Shown here: piece after piece, positions 45,544 through 54,691 of the stretch
How the letters are laid out: each line of letters begins with the position of its first letter
Numbering within the stretch: position 1 is the first letter of the stretch
Origin: an uncultured Arachnia sp.
GTDB lineage: Bacteria > Actinomycetota > Actinomycetes > Propionibacteriales > Propionibacteriaceae
Direction of reading: 5' to 3'
DNA: 64,000 nucleotides
NCBI GenBank assembly: GCA_947493995.1
Contig: CANLTJ010000003.1
Coordinates: 29,298-93,297, forward strand
The notes under the pieces: model-generated
Seen by the model: the letters and a program-made list of their open reading frames with translations, nothing else
What the model was told of the DNA's origin: nothing
Database searches by the model: none
Program-made: the position numbers and the translations under genes

Positions 45544-45577
45544 AAAGAAGATCCCGCCCTGGGTAACCAGGACGGGA
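45544..45577 (-). terminator. Intrinsic terminator of tRNA-fMet
   Basis: Minus strand TCCCGTCCTGG-TTAC-CCAGGGCGGGA followed by TCTTCTTTT. Confidence 0.7.
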
Positions 45578-45586
45578 CCCTCGGTG

Positions 45587-45663
45587 TGGTAGCGGGGACA
45601 GGATTTGAACCTGTGACCTCTGGGTTATGAGCCCAGCGAGCTACCGAGCTGCTCCACCCCGCG
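45587..45663 (-). tRNA. tRNA-fMet (CAT), initiator
   Basis: CGCGGGGTGGAGCAGCTCGGTAGCTCGCTGGGCTCATAACCCAGAGGTCACAGGTTCAAATCCTGTCCCCGCTACCA. Has a 1:72 mismatch, three G-C pairs in the anticodon stem, and an encoded CCA. Confidence 0.97.
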
Positions 45664-45675
45664 TCGGTGCTAAGA

Positions 45676-45704
45676 ACTATAGTCCGGGACCTCAGCTGGA
45701 ACAA
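45676..45704 (-). promoter_or_regulatory. Sigma-70 promoter of tRNA-fMet
   Basis: TTGTTC-17 nt-TATAGT, 12 nt upstream of the tRNA 5' end. Confidence 0.55.
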
Positions 45705-45712
45705 ATCGACGA

Positions 45713-47147
45713 CGACACTCACATATAGTCCCCGCGAGGGTGGGGGCCGTACCTCACATACTTTCCCCGGGAAGCGGTGGGTCGGCCACGATGGGGTGTG
45801 AGATATGAGGAGCAGCTGTCGATGGCGGCCAGGTACGAGGTCACGAAGAAGTACGCTCAGGCGTACGCGGAGGCACCCAAGCAGGGTAAAAGCGTGATCT
45901 TGGACCAGGTTGTCGAGGTCACCGGCTGGAACCGGGACCACGCCCGCCAGCAACTGGTGGCGCGGTTGCGGCAGGCCCCTGGCCGGGCGGTCGCGACGGT
46001 CACGGTGATCGATCGCCGCAAGACCCGGCCGTGCAAGTACTCCTACGACGCGCGTCTGGTGTTGCAGAAGGTGTGGGCGACCTCGGGCGGCAGCTGTGGG
46101 CAGTACCTGGCCCCGGCCATGACTGACTGGCTCGACGCGATGGAGGCCGAAGGATCCCTGGTGCCCGGCCATGACCGCTACGGCCCCGACGTGCGTACGG
46201 AGCTGGAGGCCATGTCCGCGGCCACGATCGACCGCTACCTCGCCCCCGCACGGGCCAAGGACCCGATCCGGGGCAAGTCAGCAACCAAACCCGGGGCCAT
46301 GTTGCGGAACTCGATCAGCATCCGCAAGGCCGGTGACGAGGTCGCCTCCGAACCCGGGTTCTTCGAGGTCGACACCGTCGCCCACCGCGGGCCGACATTG
46401 AAAGGCGAGTTCTGTCGGAGCGTGAACTTCACCGATGTCCACATCGGTTGGGTGTTCACTGCCGCGGTCCGCAACAACGCCCGGGTACACATCCTGGCCG
46501 CGTTCGACGCGTTCGTCGATGAGGTGCCATTCGCGGTGACCGGGATCGACTGCGACAACGGCTCAGAGTTCATCAACCACGACCTGGTCGGCTGGGCCGG
46601 CCAACGAGGGGTGTTCTTCACCCGATCCAGGCCATACAAGAAGAACGACCAAGCCACGATCGAGTCGAAGAACAACCACCTCGTGCGCCGCTACGGCTTC
46701 TACCACCGCTACGACACCGCCACCGAACTCGCCCTACTGCGCGAACTGTGGAAGCTGGTCAACGACCGCCTCAACTTCTTCACCCCGACCAAGAAACCCC
46801 TCGGCTGGTCCACCGACACCGTTGGCCGCCGCAAACGTCTCTACGACAAACCCCGCTCGCCCTACCAGCGGCTCCTCGACGCCGGCGTGCTCAGCCCTGT
46901 CCAAGAGAGCGAACTCGCAACCTACAAAGCCGCTATCCGCCCCGTCGCACTCCACCGACGTATCACCGAGATCCAACACGAACTCACCCGACTCGCCGCC
47001 GGCAAGACCCGCCGAATGGAACAACAGATCAACTGGAAAGCACCCGACCCAGCAGGACTCAAAACCCGCGCCAGCTAACGTCCCCTTCGCGGGGGAAACT
47101 ATCTGAGGTACGGCCTACCCCACGCGGGGACTTGACAATGAGGTACT
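45713..47147 (+). mobile_element. Insertion sequence with a single DDE (rve-like) transposase; ISNCY/ISLbi1-like by recollection; exact ends tentative
   Basis: Imperfect IR cores of about 42 bp at 45727-45768 and 47092-47132 (AGTCCCCGCG...GGCCGTACCTCA.ATA.TTTCCCC), with weaker CTCA/TGAG extension outward. Confidence 0.8.
45777..47078 (+). CDS. DDE transposase/integrase
   Basis: FFEVDTVAH (D), GIDCDNGSEF (D), SRPYKKNDQATIESKN (E), and N-terminal KQGKSVILDQVVEVTGWNRDHAR. Start uncertain (45798 or 45822). Confidence 0.9.
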   Translation: MGRPRWGVRYEEQLSMAARYEVTKKYAQAYAEAPKQGKSVILDQVVEVTGWNRDHARQQLVARLRQAPGRAVATVTVIDRRKTRPCKYSYDARLVLQKVWATSGGSCGQYLAPAMTDWLDAMEAEGSLVPGHDRYGPDVRTELEAMSAATIDRYLAPARAKDPIRGKSATKPGAMLRNSISIRKAGDEVASEPGFFEVDTVAHRGPTLKGEFCRSVNFTDVHIGWVFTAAVRNNARVHILAAFDAFVDEVPFAVTGIDCDNGSEFINHDLVGWAGQRGVFFTRSRPYKKNDQATIESKNNHLVRRYGFYHRYDTATELALLRELWKLVNDRLNFFTPTKKPLGWSTDTVGRRKRLYDKPRSPYQRLLDAGVLSPVQESELATYKAAIRPVALHRRITEIQHELTRLAAGKTRRMEQQINWKAPDPAGLKTRAS

Positions 47148-47176
47148 ACGATCGAACCAGGCAACGGTGTGCTGGA

Positions 47177-48343
47177 TCAGTGAAGATCGGGGACGCTGTC
47201 GCGTGCGTCGGTGTACTCCACGCCGCACAACTCCAGCAGATCCACGAGCATGGAGCGCACCTGCGCGAGGATCACGGCACTTGAGAGTTCTTCCCCGATG
47301 GGGACTCCTGCACTCTCGGCAGCCAGGGCAATGATGTCGTCCACCTTCGAGTCGGGTCGTCTCCGAGCGTAGAGTTCTGCTGCGCACTCGTCGGTGACCT
47401 GGGCCAGCCCGGTCAGGAGATCGAGATGCTCCTGCGAGACCCGCTCGCCACGGTAAACGGCGACGACACCGCGTCGAGCCAATACGCGTAGGTTGCGCGT
47501 GAAGCGGTCCAGCGGAACGGTGAGGTCTGCGATCTGCAGCACCCCTTCCTTGTGCCGTCGTAGGAAGGGCGAGATCCGCACCACGGCCATACCTTCATTC
47601 GCAGCGGTGGTAAGTGCTTCGAGGGCATGCTCGGTGGAGCGTGCCGCCTCGAGGACTCTCTCTGCGGCGTCGATGTCGCCGGTGCCGACGGCCTGAACCA
47701 TCTCGCGGATGGTGTTGGACGTCTCGTGGAGTACCTTGGCGGCCTCCATCCTCGGCCGAGTCACAGGTCCCGTGGGTGCGACCGTGGCGAACAGCAGTGC
47801 GACTACACAGCCCACAAGAGCGTCCATCCACCGCTCGACGCCAGCTCCCACCCCCGGAATCACGGTCAGCACAACGGCCGCTTGGACGGCTGACTGGGTG
47901 ACCATGAGGGTCCGGGCACCGAGCCATGTAGTGATGGACATAGCGACGGCGATCACCAGAATGATCTGCCACACACCAGTGCCGAAGAAATAGAGAAAAG
48001 TGTCGCCGATCAGCACTCCCACTGTGACGCCCACCGAGATCTCCAGGGCTCGCCAGAGGCGTTGACCGAAACTGAATCCGAGGCAGACGATGGCCGCCAC
48101 CACAGCCAGGAATGGCGCCTCGTGAGAGAGAAGAGTCTGAGCAAGCCACCAGGACATGCCGGCAGCAAGCGCAATCTGTACGATCATGAAGAGCCGGGAT
48201 TGCCAGCGCGTGACCCGGCGCTTCTGGGACAGCCAACCGCGCCGTGCAGTCCGCTCGCTCAAGTCGAAAGCACGCAGTGACGCGTTCTGGATGACGTGAC
48301 TGGTGTCCTGCCAGAAAAGGAAGCGACGCCTCGACTTCGACAA
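47177..48343 (-). CDS. FUSC / aromatic acid exporter family membrane protein
   Basis: QIALAAGMSWWLA, APFLAVVAAIVCLG...QRLWRALE..VGVTVG, RWMDALVG. Start uncertain. Confidence 0.8.
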   Translation of the reverse strand: MSKSRRRFLFWQDTSHVIQNASLRAFDLSERTARRGWLSQKRRVTRWQSRLFMIVQIALAAGMSWWLAQTLLSHEAPFLAVVAAIVCLGFSFGQRLWRALEISVGVTVGVLIGDTFLYFFGTGVWQIILVIAVAMSITTWLGARTLMVTQSAVQAAVVLTVIPGVGAGVERWMDALVGCVVALLFATVAPTGPVTRPRMEAAKVLHETSNTIREMVQAVGTGDIDAAERVLEAARSTEHALEALTTAANEGMAVVRISPFLRRHKEGVLQIADLTVPLDRFTRNLRVLARRGVVAVYRGERVSQEHLDLLTGLAQVTDECAAELYARRRPDSKVDDIIALAAESAGVPIGEELSSAVILAQVRSMLVDLLELCGVEYTDARDSVPDLH

Positions 48344-48526
48344 CGATTCCTCCCAGAATTGTCTACCGGTGCCGTTGTTGTGCGGGCCGCAGGTCATATT
48401 TTAGCCCCCGGTGACCGCGCGTCGCCGCATCGGTTGGCGTGCGACGGATGCTTCGATCGCGGGCAATTCGGCGCGTGCGGATAGTATTGCGCCGTTCCGT
48501 ATCCAACAGTGGGGGAGTCTCGCCCA

Positions 48527-50068
48527 ATGGAAGCACGTCGACCACGCCGCCCCATCGCGGCCTGGCTATGCCTGCTGGTTGCCGCAAGCATCGCGCTGAC
48601 AGCCTGCTCGAGCCCCAACCCAGGTTCTGATCCCGAGCCGTCGGGGCAGAGCGATCCCATTGTTCTCAACGTGGGCGCCACGTTGCCACCCGAGGGCCTC
48701 GACCCCTCGACCGTCAACGGCGCCGGCACACCCTTCGTCCTGCTGTACAACGTCTACGAGACGCTGGTGCGCATCGATGGTGAGGGCGAGATCAGGCCAC
48801 TGCTCGCGTGGGATTACAGCGTGTCGCCGGATCGGACCGTCTACACCTTCACGCTGGACAGCGCGGCCGAGTTCGCATCGGGCGATCCCGTGACGGCCGA
48901 TGCAGTGGTGCAATCCTTCGAACGCGTCCTAACGGCGGAGGGAACCACCGATCAGATTCGGAGCGCGATGGCGCCCGTGGAATCGGTCGAGGCCGCGGAC
49001 GAGGATTCAGTCGAGATCACGCTGTCCGAACCCAGCAACCAGTTCCTCTTCGACATGGCGGGTCCCGCAGGGATCGTCTACGACCCCACCGCGCTGGATT
49101 CCCTGGCCGAACAGCCCTCGGGTTCCGGGCCCTTCCTGTTCGAGGAGTTCGAACCAGGTCAGTACCTCAAGCTGATCAAGAATGAGGACTACTGGGGCAC
49201 CAACGTCCGTGTCGACGAGGTGTACTTCCGGTACTACACGGACCCCAATGCCATGAACACAGCGATGCTGTCGGGACAGCTGGATGTCATCTCCAACCTG
49301 ACCGTGCCGCAGTCCATCGACGAGTTCTCGGACGCCGAGCGCTTCATCGTCACGGAGGGCACCACCACCGGCGAGGTCGTGCTCGGGTTCAATCACGACA
49401 ACGAGGCCCTGTCCAACGTGGCCGTACGCCAGGCCATCAACCACGCCATCGACCGGCAGGCTCTCATGGATGCCGTCTGGGGCGGCAAGGGAATGCTGAT
49501 CGGCTCCATGGTGGCGCCGACCGAACCATGGTTCGAGGACCTCTCCGACACATACCCGTTCGACCCGGACAGGGCACGGGAACTACTGGCCGAGGCCGGG
49601 TACGAGTCCGGCCTCACACTGCGGCTGCGGGTCCCGTCCACAGTGCCCTACGCGCCGCCCGCTGCCCGCTTCGTAGCGGCACAGCTCGCAGAAGTAGGCA
49701 TCGAAGTGGAGGTGGAGGAGGTCGAGTGGGCACAGTGGCTGAACCAGGTCTACGGCCAGGGCGATTACGACATGACCATCGTCGCCCACGTCGAGCCTCG
49801 CGACATCAGCAACTTCGCCAACCCGGACTACTACTGGCACTACGACAATCCCGAGTTCGCGGGACTGATCGAGGAGGCCGACGAGGCACCGGAGGAACAG
49901 CAGATCGAACTCATGCAGGAGGCTGCACGGATGCTCGCCGACGATGCGGCCGCCGACTGGCTCTTCCTCCTGCCCAACATCGTCGTCACCACCACAGAGG
50001 TCTCCGGGATCCAGGTGAATTCCACCAACCTGTCCTTCGACCTGACAACTGTCGCCACCAGCCGCTGA
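48527..50068 (+). CDS. ABC transporter substrate-binding lipoprotein, family 5 (peptide/nickel)
   Basis: Lipobox LTAC, NVYETLV, YTFTL...F.SG.PVTA.AV..SFER, GSGPF and VRQAINHAIDR. Confidence 0.9.
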   Translation: MEARRPRRPIAAWLCLLVAASIALTACSSPNPGSDPEPSGQSDPIVLNVGATLPPEGLDPSTVNGAGTPFVLLYNVYETLVRIDGEGEIRPLLAWDYSVSPDRTVYTFTLDSAAEFASGDPVTADAVVQSFERVLTAEGTTDQIRSAMAPVESVEAADEDSVEITLSEPSNQFLFDMAGPAGIVYDPTALDSLAEQPSGSGPFLFEEFEPGQYLKLIKNEDYWGTNVRVDEVYFRYYTDPNAMNTAMLSGQLDVISNLTVPQSIDEFSDAERFIVTEGTTTGEVVLGFNHDNEALSNVAVRQAINHAIDRQALMDAVWGGKGMLIGSMVAPTEPWFEDLSDTYPFDPDRARELLAEAGYESGLTLRLRVPSTVPYAPPAARFVAAQLAEVGIEVEVEEVEWAQWLNQVYGQGDYDMTIVAHVEPRDISNFANPDYYWHYDNPEFAGLIEEADEAPEEQQIELMQEAARMLADDAAADWLFLLPNIVVTTTEVSGIQVNSTNLSFDLTTVATSR

Positions 50069-50069
50069 C

Positions 50070-51029
50070 GTGACCCCCCGCATCGTCGGGCTGCGGCTGG
50101 GTGGCCTGGTCATCAGCCTGCTCGTGGCCTCGCTCCTCATCTTCCTCGCCACCAACGCCCTACCCGGCGACGTGGCGCAGGTCCTCCTGGGGACCAACGC
50201 CGCCCCTGGGGAGGTGGACGCCCTGCGCGAACGGCTCGGCCTGGACAGGCCTCTGCTGTTGCGCTATCTCGAGTGGCTGGAAGGGGTGCTTCGCGGCGAT
50301 TTCGGGACTTCTATGGTCACCGGGCGCGACGTCGTCTCCCAGATCATCCCGCGTCTCGGCGTCTCGCTGTGGCTCATCGGGCTGGCCATGCTGCTGGCGA
50401 TACTCATTGCCGTTCCGCTGGGAGCATTCGCCGCTGTCCGACGACGCCATGCCAGCGGATTCGTCGCCTCGGCCATCGCCCAGGTGGGTCTGTCCATACC
50501 GGCCTTCTGGGCAGGCATCTGGCTGGTCCTGTTCTTCGCCGTCACCCTGCGCTGGCTCCCAGCAGGGAACTACGTGGCGCTGAGCGAGGACCCGGCTCAG
50601 TGGGCCAGACATCTTATTCTTCCCGTCACGGCTCTGGCGATCGTGCAGGCCAGCATCCTGTCGCGCTACGTCCGCAGCGCCGTCATCGAGGTGCTGGGGG
50701 AGGACTGGTTCCGCACGGCACGATCGGTGGGGTGGTCGACGTGGGGTGCGTTGCTGCGCCACGGCAGCCGAAACGTGGCGATCTCCCTGCTGACCGTCAT
50801 CGGTTTGCAGCTCGCAACTCTGCTGGTGGGGGCCATCATCATCGAACAGGTCTTCGTGCTTCCAGGTCTCGGGTCGCGTCTCATCATGGCGGTGGGGCAG
50901 CGCGACCTCGTGGTGGTGCAGGCCATCGTGCTGCTGCTGGTGTGGGCAGTGCTACTGATCAACTTCCTCGTCGATTTCGCCTACCAACTCGTCGATCCCC
51001 GGATGAAACGTGTGAGGGAGCAGCGATGA
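50070..51029 (+). CDS. Peptide/nickel ABC permease (DppB-like)
   Basis: LPGDVA, LGLDRPL..RY..WL..VLRGDFG, EAA loop FRTARSVG and DPRMK. Confidence 0.9.
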   Translation: MTPRIVGLRLGGLVISLLVASLLIFLATNALPGDVAQVLLGTNAAPGEVDALRERLGLDRPLLLRYLEWLEGVLRGDFGTSMVTGRDVVSQIIPRLGVSLWLIGLAMLLAILIAVPLGAFAAVRRRHASGFVASAIAQVGLSIPAFWAGIWLVLFFAVTLRWLPAGNYVALSEDPAQWARHLILPVTALAIVQASILSRYVRSAVIEVLGEDWFRTARSVGWSTWGALLRHGSRNVAISLLTVIGLQLATLLVGAIIIEQVFVLPGLGSRLIMAVGQRDLVVVQAIVLLLVWAVLLINFLVDFAYQLVDPRMKRVREQR

Positions 51030-51835
51030 GACGGGCGAACCTCATCTTCGGCAGCACGCTGATCCTCATCATCGTGGCCCTGGCGCTGGTGGGCCTCGTG
51101 TGGACCCCTTTTGATCCGACGGCGATCGCCGGGCCCCGCCTCGCCCCGCCCGGCTGGCCGTACCTGCTCGGCACAGACGCCCAGGGCAGTGACACGGCCT
51201 CGCGCATCATCAGTGGGGCGAAGCTGGCGCTGCTCGTGGGGGTGCTGTCCGTGACCGCCGCCGCCGTGGTGGGGGTGCCGATCGGGATCCTCGCGGGCAT
51301 GTCCCAGCGATGGCTGAGCGCCGTTCTCACCCGTGGTGCCGACATCCTCTACGGCTTCCCCGCCCTGTTGTTGGCCATTCTGTTCGCCGCCGCCGTCGGG
51401 GGATCGACGTGGACCGCCGTGAGCGCGATCGGCATCGCCACCATCCCGGTCTTCGTGCGGATCGCGCGCGCCGCGACGCTGCAGGTCATGAGCCAGACCT
51501 TCGTCGAGGCAGCCAGGCTCTCGGCCACGCCGCCCCTGCAGGTGGCATGGCGCCACGTCCTTCCCAACATTGCTCCCGTCCTGGGGGTGCAGGCCTCCGT
51601 CAGTTTCGGGCTCGCCATCCTCGCAGAGGCCGGTCTCTCCTACCTTGGGTTGGGCTCCGGCAGCGACCAGCCCACATGGGGGCGGATGTTGCAGGAGGCC
51701 CAGAACGAACTGTTCAACGCACCGATGCTGGCCTTCTGGCCTGGACTGGCCATCGCGATGGCCACCATGGGATTCAACCTGTTGGGGGACGGATTGCGCG
51801 ATCTGCTGGATCCCAAACTGCGGGAGCTCGCATGA
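51026..51835 (+). CDS. Peptide/nickel ABC permease (DppC-like)
   Basis: LLGTD..G.D..SR, FVEAARLS, HVLPN, EAGLSYLGLG..QPTWG.ML and FNLLGDGLRDLLDP. Confidence 0.9.
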   Translation: MRRANLIFGSTLILIIVALALVGLVWTPFDPTAIAGPRLAPPGWPYLLGTDAQGSDTASRIISGAKLALLVGVLSVTAAAVVGVPIGILAGMSQRWLSAVLTRGADILYGFPALLLAILFAAAVGGSTWTAVSAIGIATIPVFVRIARAATLQVMSQTFVEAARLSATPPLQVAWRHVLPNIAPVLGVQASVSFGLAILAEAGLSYLGLGSGSDQPTWGRMLQEAQNELFNAPMLAFWPGLAIAMATMGFNLLGDGLRDLLDPKLRELA

Positions 51836-52662
51836 ACCGCCTCGAAGTCTCGGAGCTGACAGTGAGCTTCGGCCGACGCCGCGTCGTAGCGGTCGATCAC
51901 CTGTCCTTCACTCTGGGAGAACAGGATCGCCTCGGCATCATCGGGCAGTCCGGCTCAGGCAAATCCGTTACGGCGCTGGCAATGATCGGGCTTTTGCCGG
52001 AGAACGCCCACGTCACGGGCTCGGTCACACTGAACGGCCGCGAACTGGTGGGCAGGCCGGAGCGTGAACTGCGCGCGCTGCGGGGCAGCGAGGTCTCCAT
52101 GGTCTTCCAGGAGCCGATGACGGCGCTGGATCCGACGATGAGGGTGGGGCGCCAGATCGGTGAGGTGATTGCTTTGCACCGCAGCGGTGAGCGGGGCAGC
52201 ATTCGCGACGAGGTGAGACTCTGGCTGTCGCGCGTGGGCATGGCGGATGTGGAGAGGGTGTCCAGGTCCTACCCCGATGAACTCTCCGGCGGTCAGCGAC
52301 AGCGCGCGCTGGTCGCAATGGCACTGGTCAACCAGCCCGGTCTGGTCATCTGCGACGAACCCACCACCGCGCTCGACGTCATCGTCCAGCGCCAGATTCT
52401 GAACCTGCTGGACGACCAACTGCGAGGGCGGGCCGCCCTCTTCGTCAGTCACGACCTAGCCGTGGTCCGGCAGGTGGTGGACACGGTGCTGGTGATGCTG
52501 GAGGGGCGCGTCGTGGAGTCCGGGAACATCCGCGACATCATCGACGCCCCCCAGCATCCCTACACGCAAGCCCTGGTGGCCGCTGCACGGATCGGCGATC
52601 ATGCCCCGGGCACCAGACTCCCCACGATCACCGACTTCACCGAAGGAGATCCCGGCGCATGA
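51832..52662 (+). CDS. Peptide ABC ATP-binding protein (DppD-like)
   Basis: GQSGSGKS, LSGGQRQR, DEPTTALD and HPYTQAL. Confidence 0.9.
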   Translation: MNRLEVSELTVSFGRRRVVAVDHLSFTLGEQDRLGIIGQSGSGKSVTALAMIGLLPENAHVTGSVTLNGRELVGRPERELRALRGSEVSMVFQEPMTALDPTMRVGRQIGEVIALHRSGERGSIRDEVRLWLSRVGMADVERVSRSYPDELSGGQRQRALVAMALVNQPGLVICDEPTTALDVIVQRQILNLLDDQLRGRAALFVSHDLAVVRQVVDTVLVMLEGRVVESGNIRDIIDAPQHPYTQALVAAARIGDHAPGTRLPTITDFTEGDPGA

Positions 52663-53438
52663 CCCACCCCGTGCTTGCCGCCGAGGGTGCCGAGGTGACG
52701 TATCGACGCTCCGGCCGTCCCTTCGTCGCGCTGCAGGACGTCACGTTCCGAATCGAGCCGGGACAACAGGTGGGGATCGTCGGCGGATCCGGTTCCGGCA
52801 AGACCACGCTGGCGCGCCTCCTGTTGGGCCTGGTCCAGCCGAGCAGGGGCAGCACCACCTTCAGGGGGCAGCGGACCGACGGGCTTCCCGAGCGGGATCT
52901 GGGTGATCTGCGCGCGGGTGCCTCCATGGTCTTCCAGGACCCGAACTCGTCCCTCAACCCGCGTATGCGCATTTCCGACATCGTCGAGGAGCCACTGCGC
53001 TCACCGCTCCTGCGCCGACGGGGCACCCTCCCCGCGCCGGGCTCCGGCGCGGTGGAACAGTCCTTGCGAGCGGTGGGACTGGACAGTGCCATGGCCTCTC
53101 GTTTTCCGCATCAGCTCTCCGGTGGCCAACGGCAGCGGGTGGCCATCGCCCGGGCCCTGGTGAGCGGGCCGGAGGTACTGGTGGCCGACGAGCCGGTGTC
53201 GGCTCTGGACGTGGCGGTGCGAGCCCAGATTCTCAACCTTCTCTCCGACGCGGTGGAGAAGCGAGGTCTGGCGCTGGTGTTCGTCTCCCATGACCTTGCC
53301 GTGGTCCGCCACCTGGTGCAACGGGTCGTGGTCATGCGACGGGGAACGATCGTGGAGGAGGGCGCCGTCGAGAAGGTCTTCGCGAACCCGCAGCACCCCT
53401 ACACTGCACAGCTGCTGGAGGCGTCGCTCAGTTTGTAG
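52659..53438 (+). CDS. Peptide ABC ATP-binding protein (DppF-like)
   Basis: GGSGSGKTT, FQDPNSSLNP, LSGGQRQR, DEPVSALD and HPYT. Confidence 0.9.
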   Translation: MTHPVLAAEGAEVTYRRSGRPFVALQDVTFRIEPGQQVGIVGGSGSGKTTLARLLLGLVQPSRGSTTFRGQRTDGLPERDLGDLRAGASMVFQDPNSSLNPRMRISDIVEEPLRSPLLRRRGTLPAPGSGAVEQSLRAVGLDSAMASRFPHQLSGGQRQRVAIARALVSGPEVLVADEPVSALDVAVRAQILNLLSDAVEKRGLALVFVSHDLAVVRHLVQRVVVMRRGTIVEEGAVEKVFANPQHPYTAQLLEASLSL

Positions 53439-53461
53439 GGCCTCTGGGGTGGATCAGTAAG

Positions 53462-54661
53462 ATGGCCCGCGTGAAGGCTCTTCTGCTCGAGAACATCCAT
53501 ACCGAGGCCACCCGCATCCTGACTGAACGGGGCTATGAGGTTGAGAACAGGCCGGGGGCCCTGACCGAGGGTGACCTCATCGCCGCACTCGACGGCGTCA
53601 CCTATCTCGGCATCAGGTCACGTACCCAGATTACGCGCGACGTGATCGACGCGGCGGCGGATCTGAAGGCCGTGGGGGCTTTCTGCATCGGCACCAATCA
53701 GATCGACCTCGACGCGGCAACCGAGGCGGGCGTCGCGGTGTTCAATGCGCCGTACTCCAACACCCGTTCCGTCGTGGAGCTTGCCATCGCCGAGATCATC
53801 TCCATGGCCCGTCACCTGACGGATCGCAACCAGGACGTGCACGAGGGTCGGTGGGACAAGTCCGCCGTCGGCTCGCACGAGATCCGGGGCCGAAGTCTGG
53901 GCATTGTGGGCTACGGCAACATCGGGTCTCAACTCTCAGTGGTGGCCGAGTCGCTCGGCATGAGCGTCTACTACTACGACATCGTGGACCGGCTCCCGCT
54001 CGGCAACGCCAAAGGCGTCAGCTCAATGGCGGAACTGTTCGAACGCTGCGAAACCATCTCCCTGCACGTGGATGGCCGACCGGGCAACGCGAACCTGATC
54101 GGCGCCGCCGAGTTTGCCGCGATGCGGCCGCGCACGCTGTTTCTGAATCTGTGTCGCGGTAACGTCGTGGACCACGACGCACTCCACGAGAATCTCGTGA
54201 GTGGGCACCTCGCCGGTGCCGCCATCGACGTGTTCCCGCAGGAACCCAAGGCCAAGGGTGAACCGCTGGTCTCCAAACTGCAGGGCCTCAGGAACGTGAT
54301 TCTGACACCGCACGTCGGTGGCTCCACGGAGGAGGCGCAGGTGGACATCGGTCGCTACGTCGCCGGCAAAATCGCCGATTACGAGTCCCACGGAGCCACC
54401 TCCATGAGCGTCAACCTTCCCGAGGTCGCCGCCCCGTCGCCGCGAGACCACAGGATTGTGCACCTGCACCACAACGTGCCGGGCGTGATGGCGCGGTTGA
54501 ACAACCTGCTGGCCATGCACGACATGAACATCCGGTCACAGACACTGTCCACCCGTGGCCAGCTCGGCTATGCGGTGACCGACGTCACCGGTGTTGCGCC
54601 CGCCGGCCTCCTGGACGAGCTCGAGGCGCTCGAGGAGACCGTCCGCGTACGAGTGCTGTAG
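53462..54661 (+). CDS. serA: D-3-phosphoglycerate dehydrogenase (short type with ACT domain)
   Basis: GIRSRTQ, FCIGTNQ, APYSNTRSV.EL, GIVGYGNIG, TPHVGGSTEEAQ and ACT HHNVPGVM. Confidence 0.93.
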   Translation: MARVKALLLENIHTEATRILTERGYEVENRPGALTEGDLIAALDGVTYLGIRSRTQITRDVIDAAADLKAVGAFCIGTNQIDLDAATEAGVAVFNAPYSNTRSVVELAIAEIISMARHLTDRNQDVHEGRWDKSAVGSHEIRGRSLGIVGYGNIGSQLSVVAESLGMSVYYYDIVDRLPLGNAKGVSSMAELFERCETISLHVDGRPGNANLIGAAEFAAMRPRTLFLNLCRGNVVDHDALHENLVSGHLAGAAIDVFPQEPKAKGEPLVSKLQGLRNVILTPHVGGSTEEAQVDIGRYVAGKIADYESHGATSMSVNLPEVAAPSPRDHRIVHLHHNVPGVMARLNNLLAMHDMNIRSQTLSTRGQLGYAVTDVTGVAPAGLLDELEALEETVRVRVL

Positions 54662-54691
54662 TCGCCCCGACCGAGCGCCGGGCCCCGGCGC

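Noticed and set aside
41200-45660. Intact prophage or ICE at tRNA-fMet
   Set aside because: No integrase, replication, structural or conjugation genes are present; at most a remnant.
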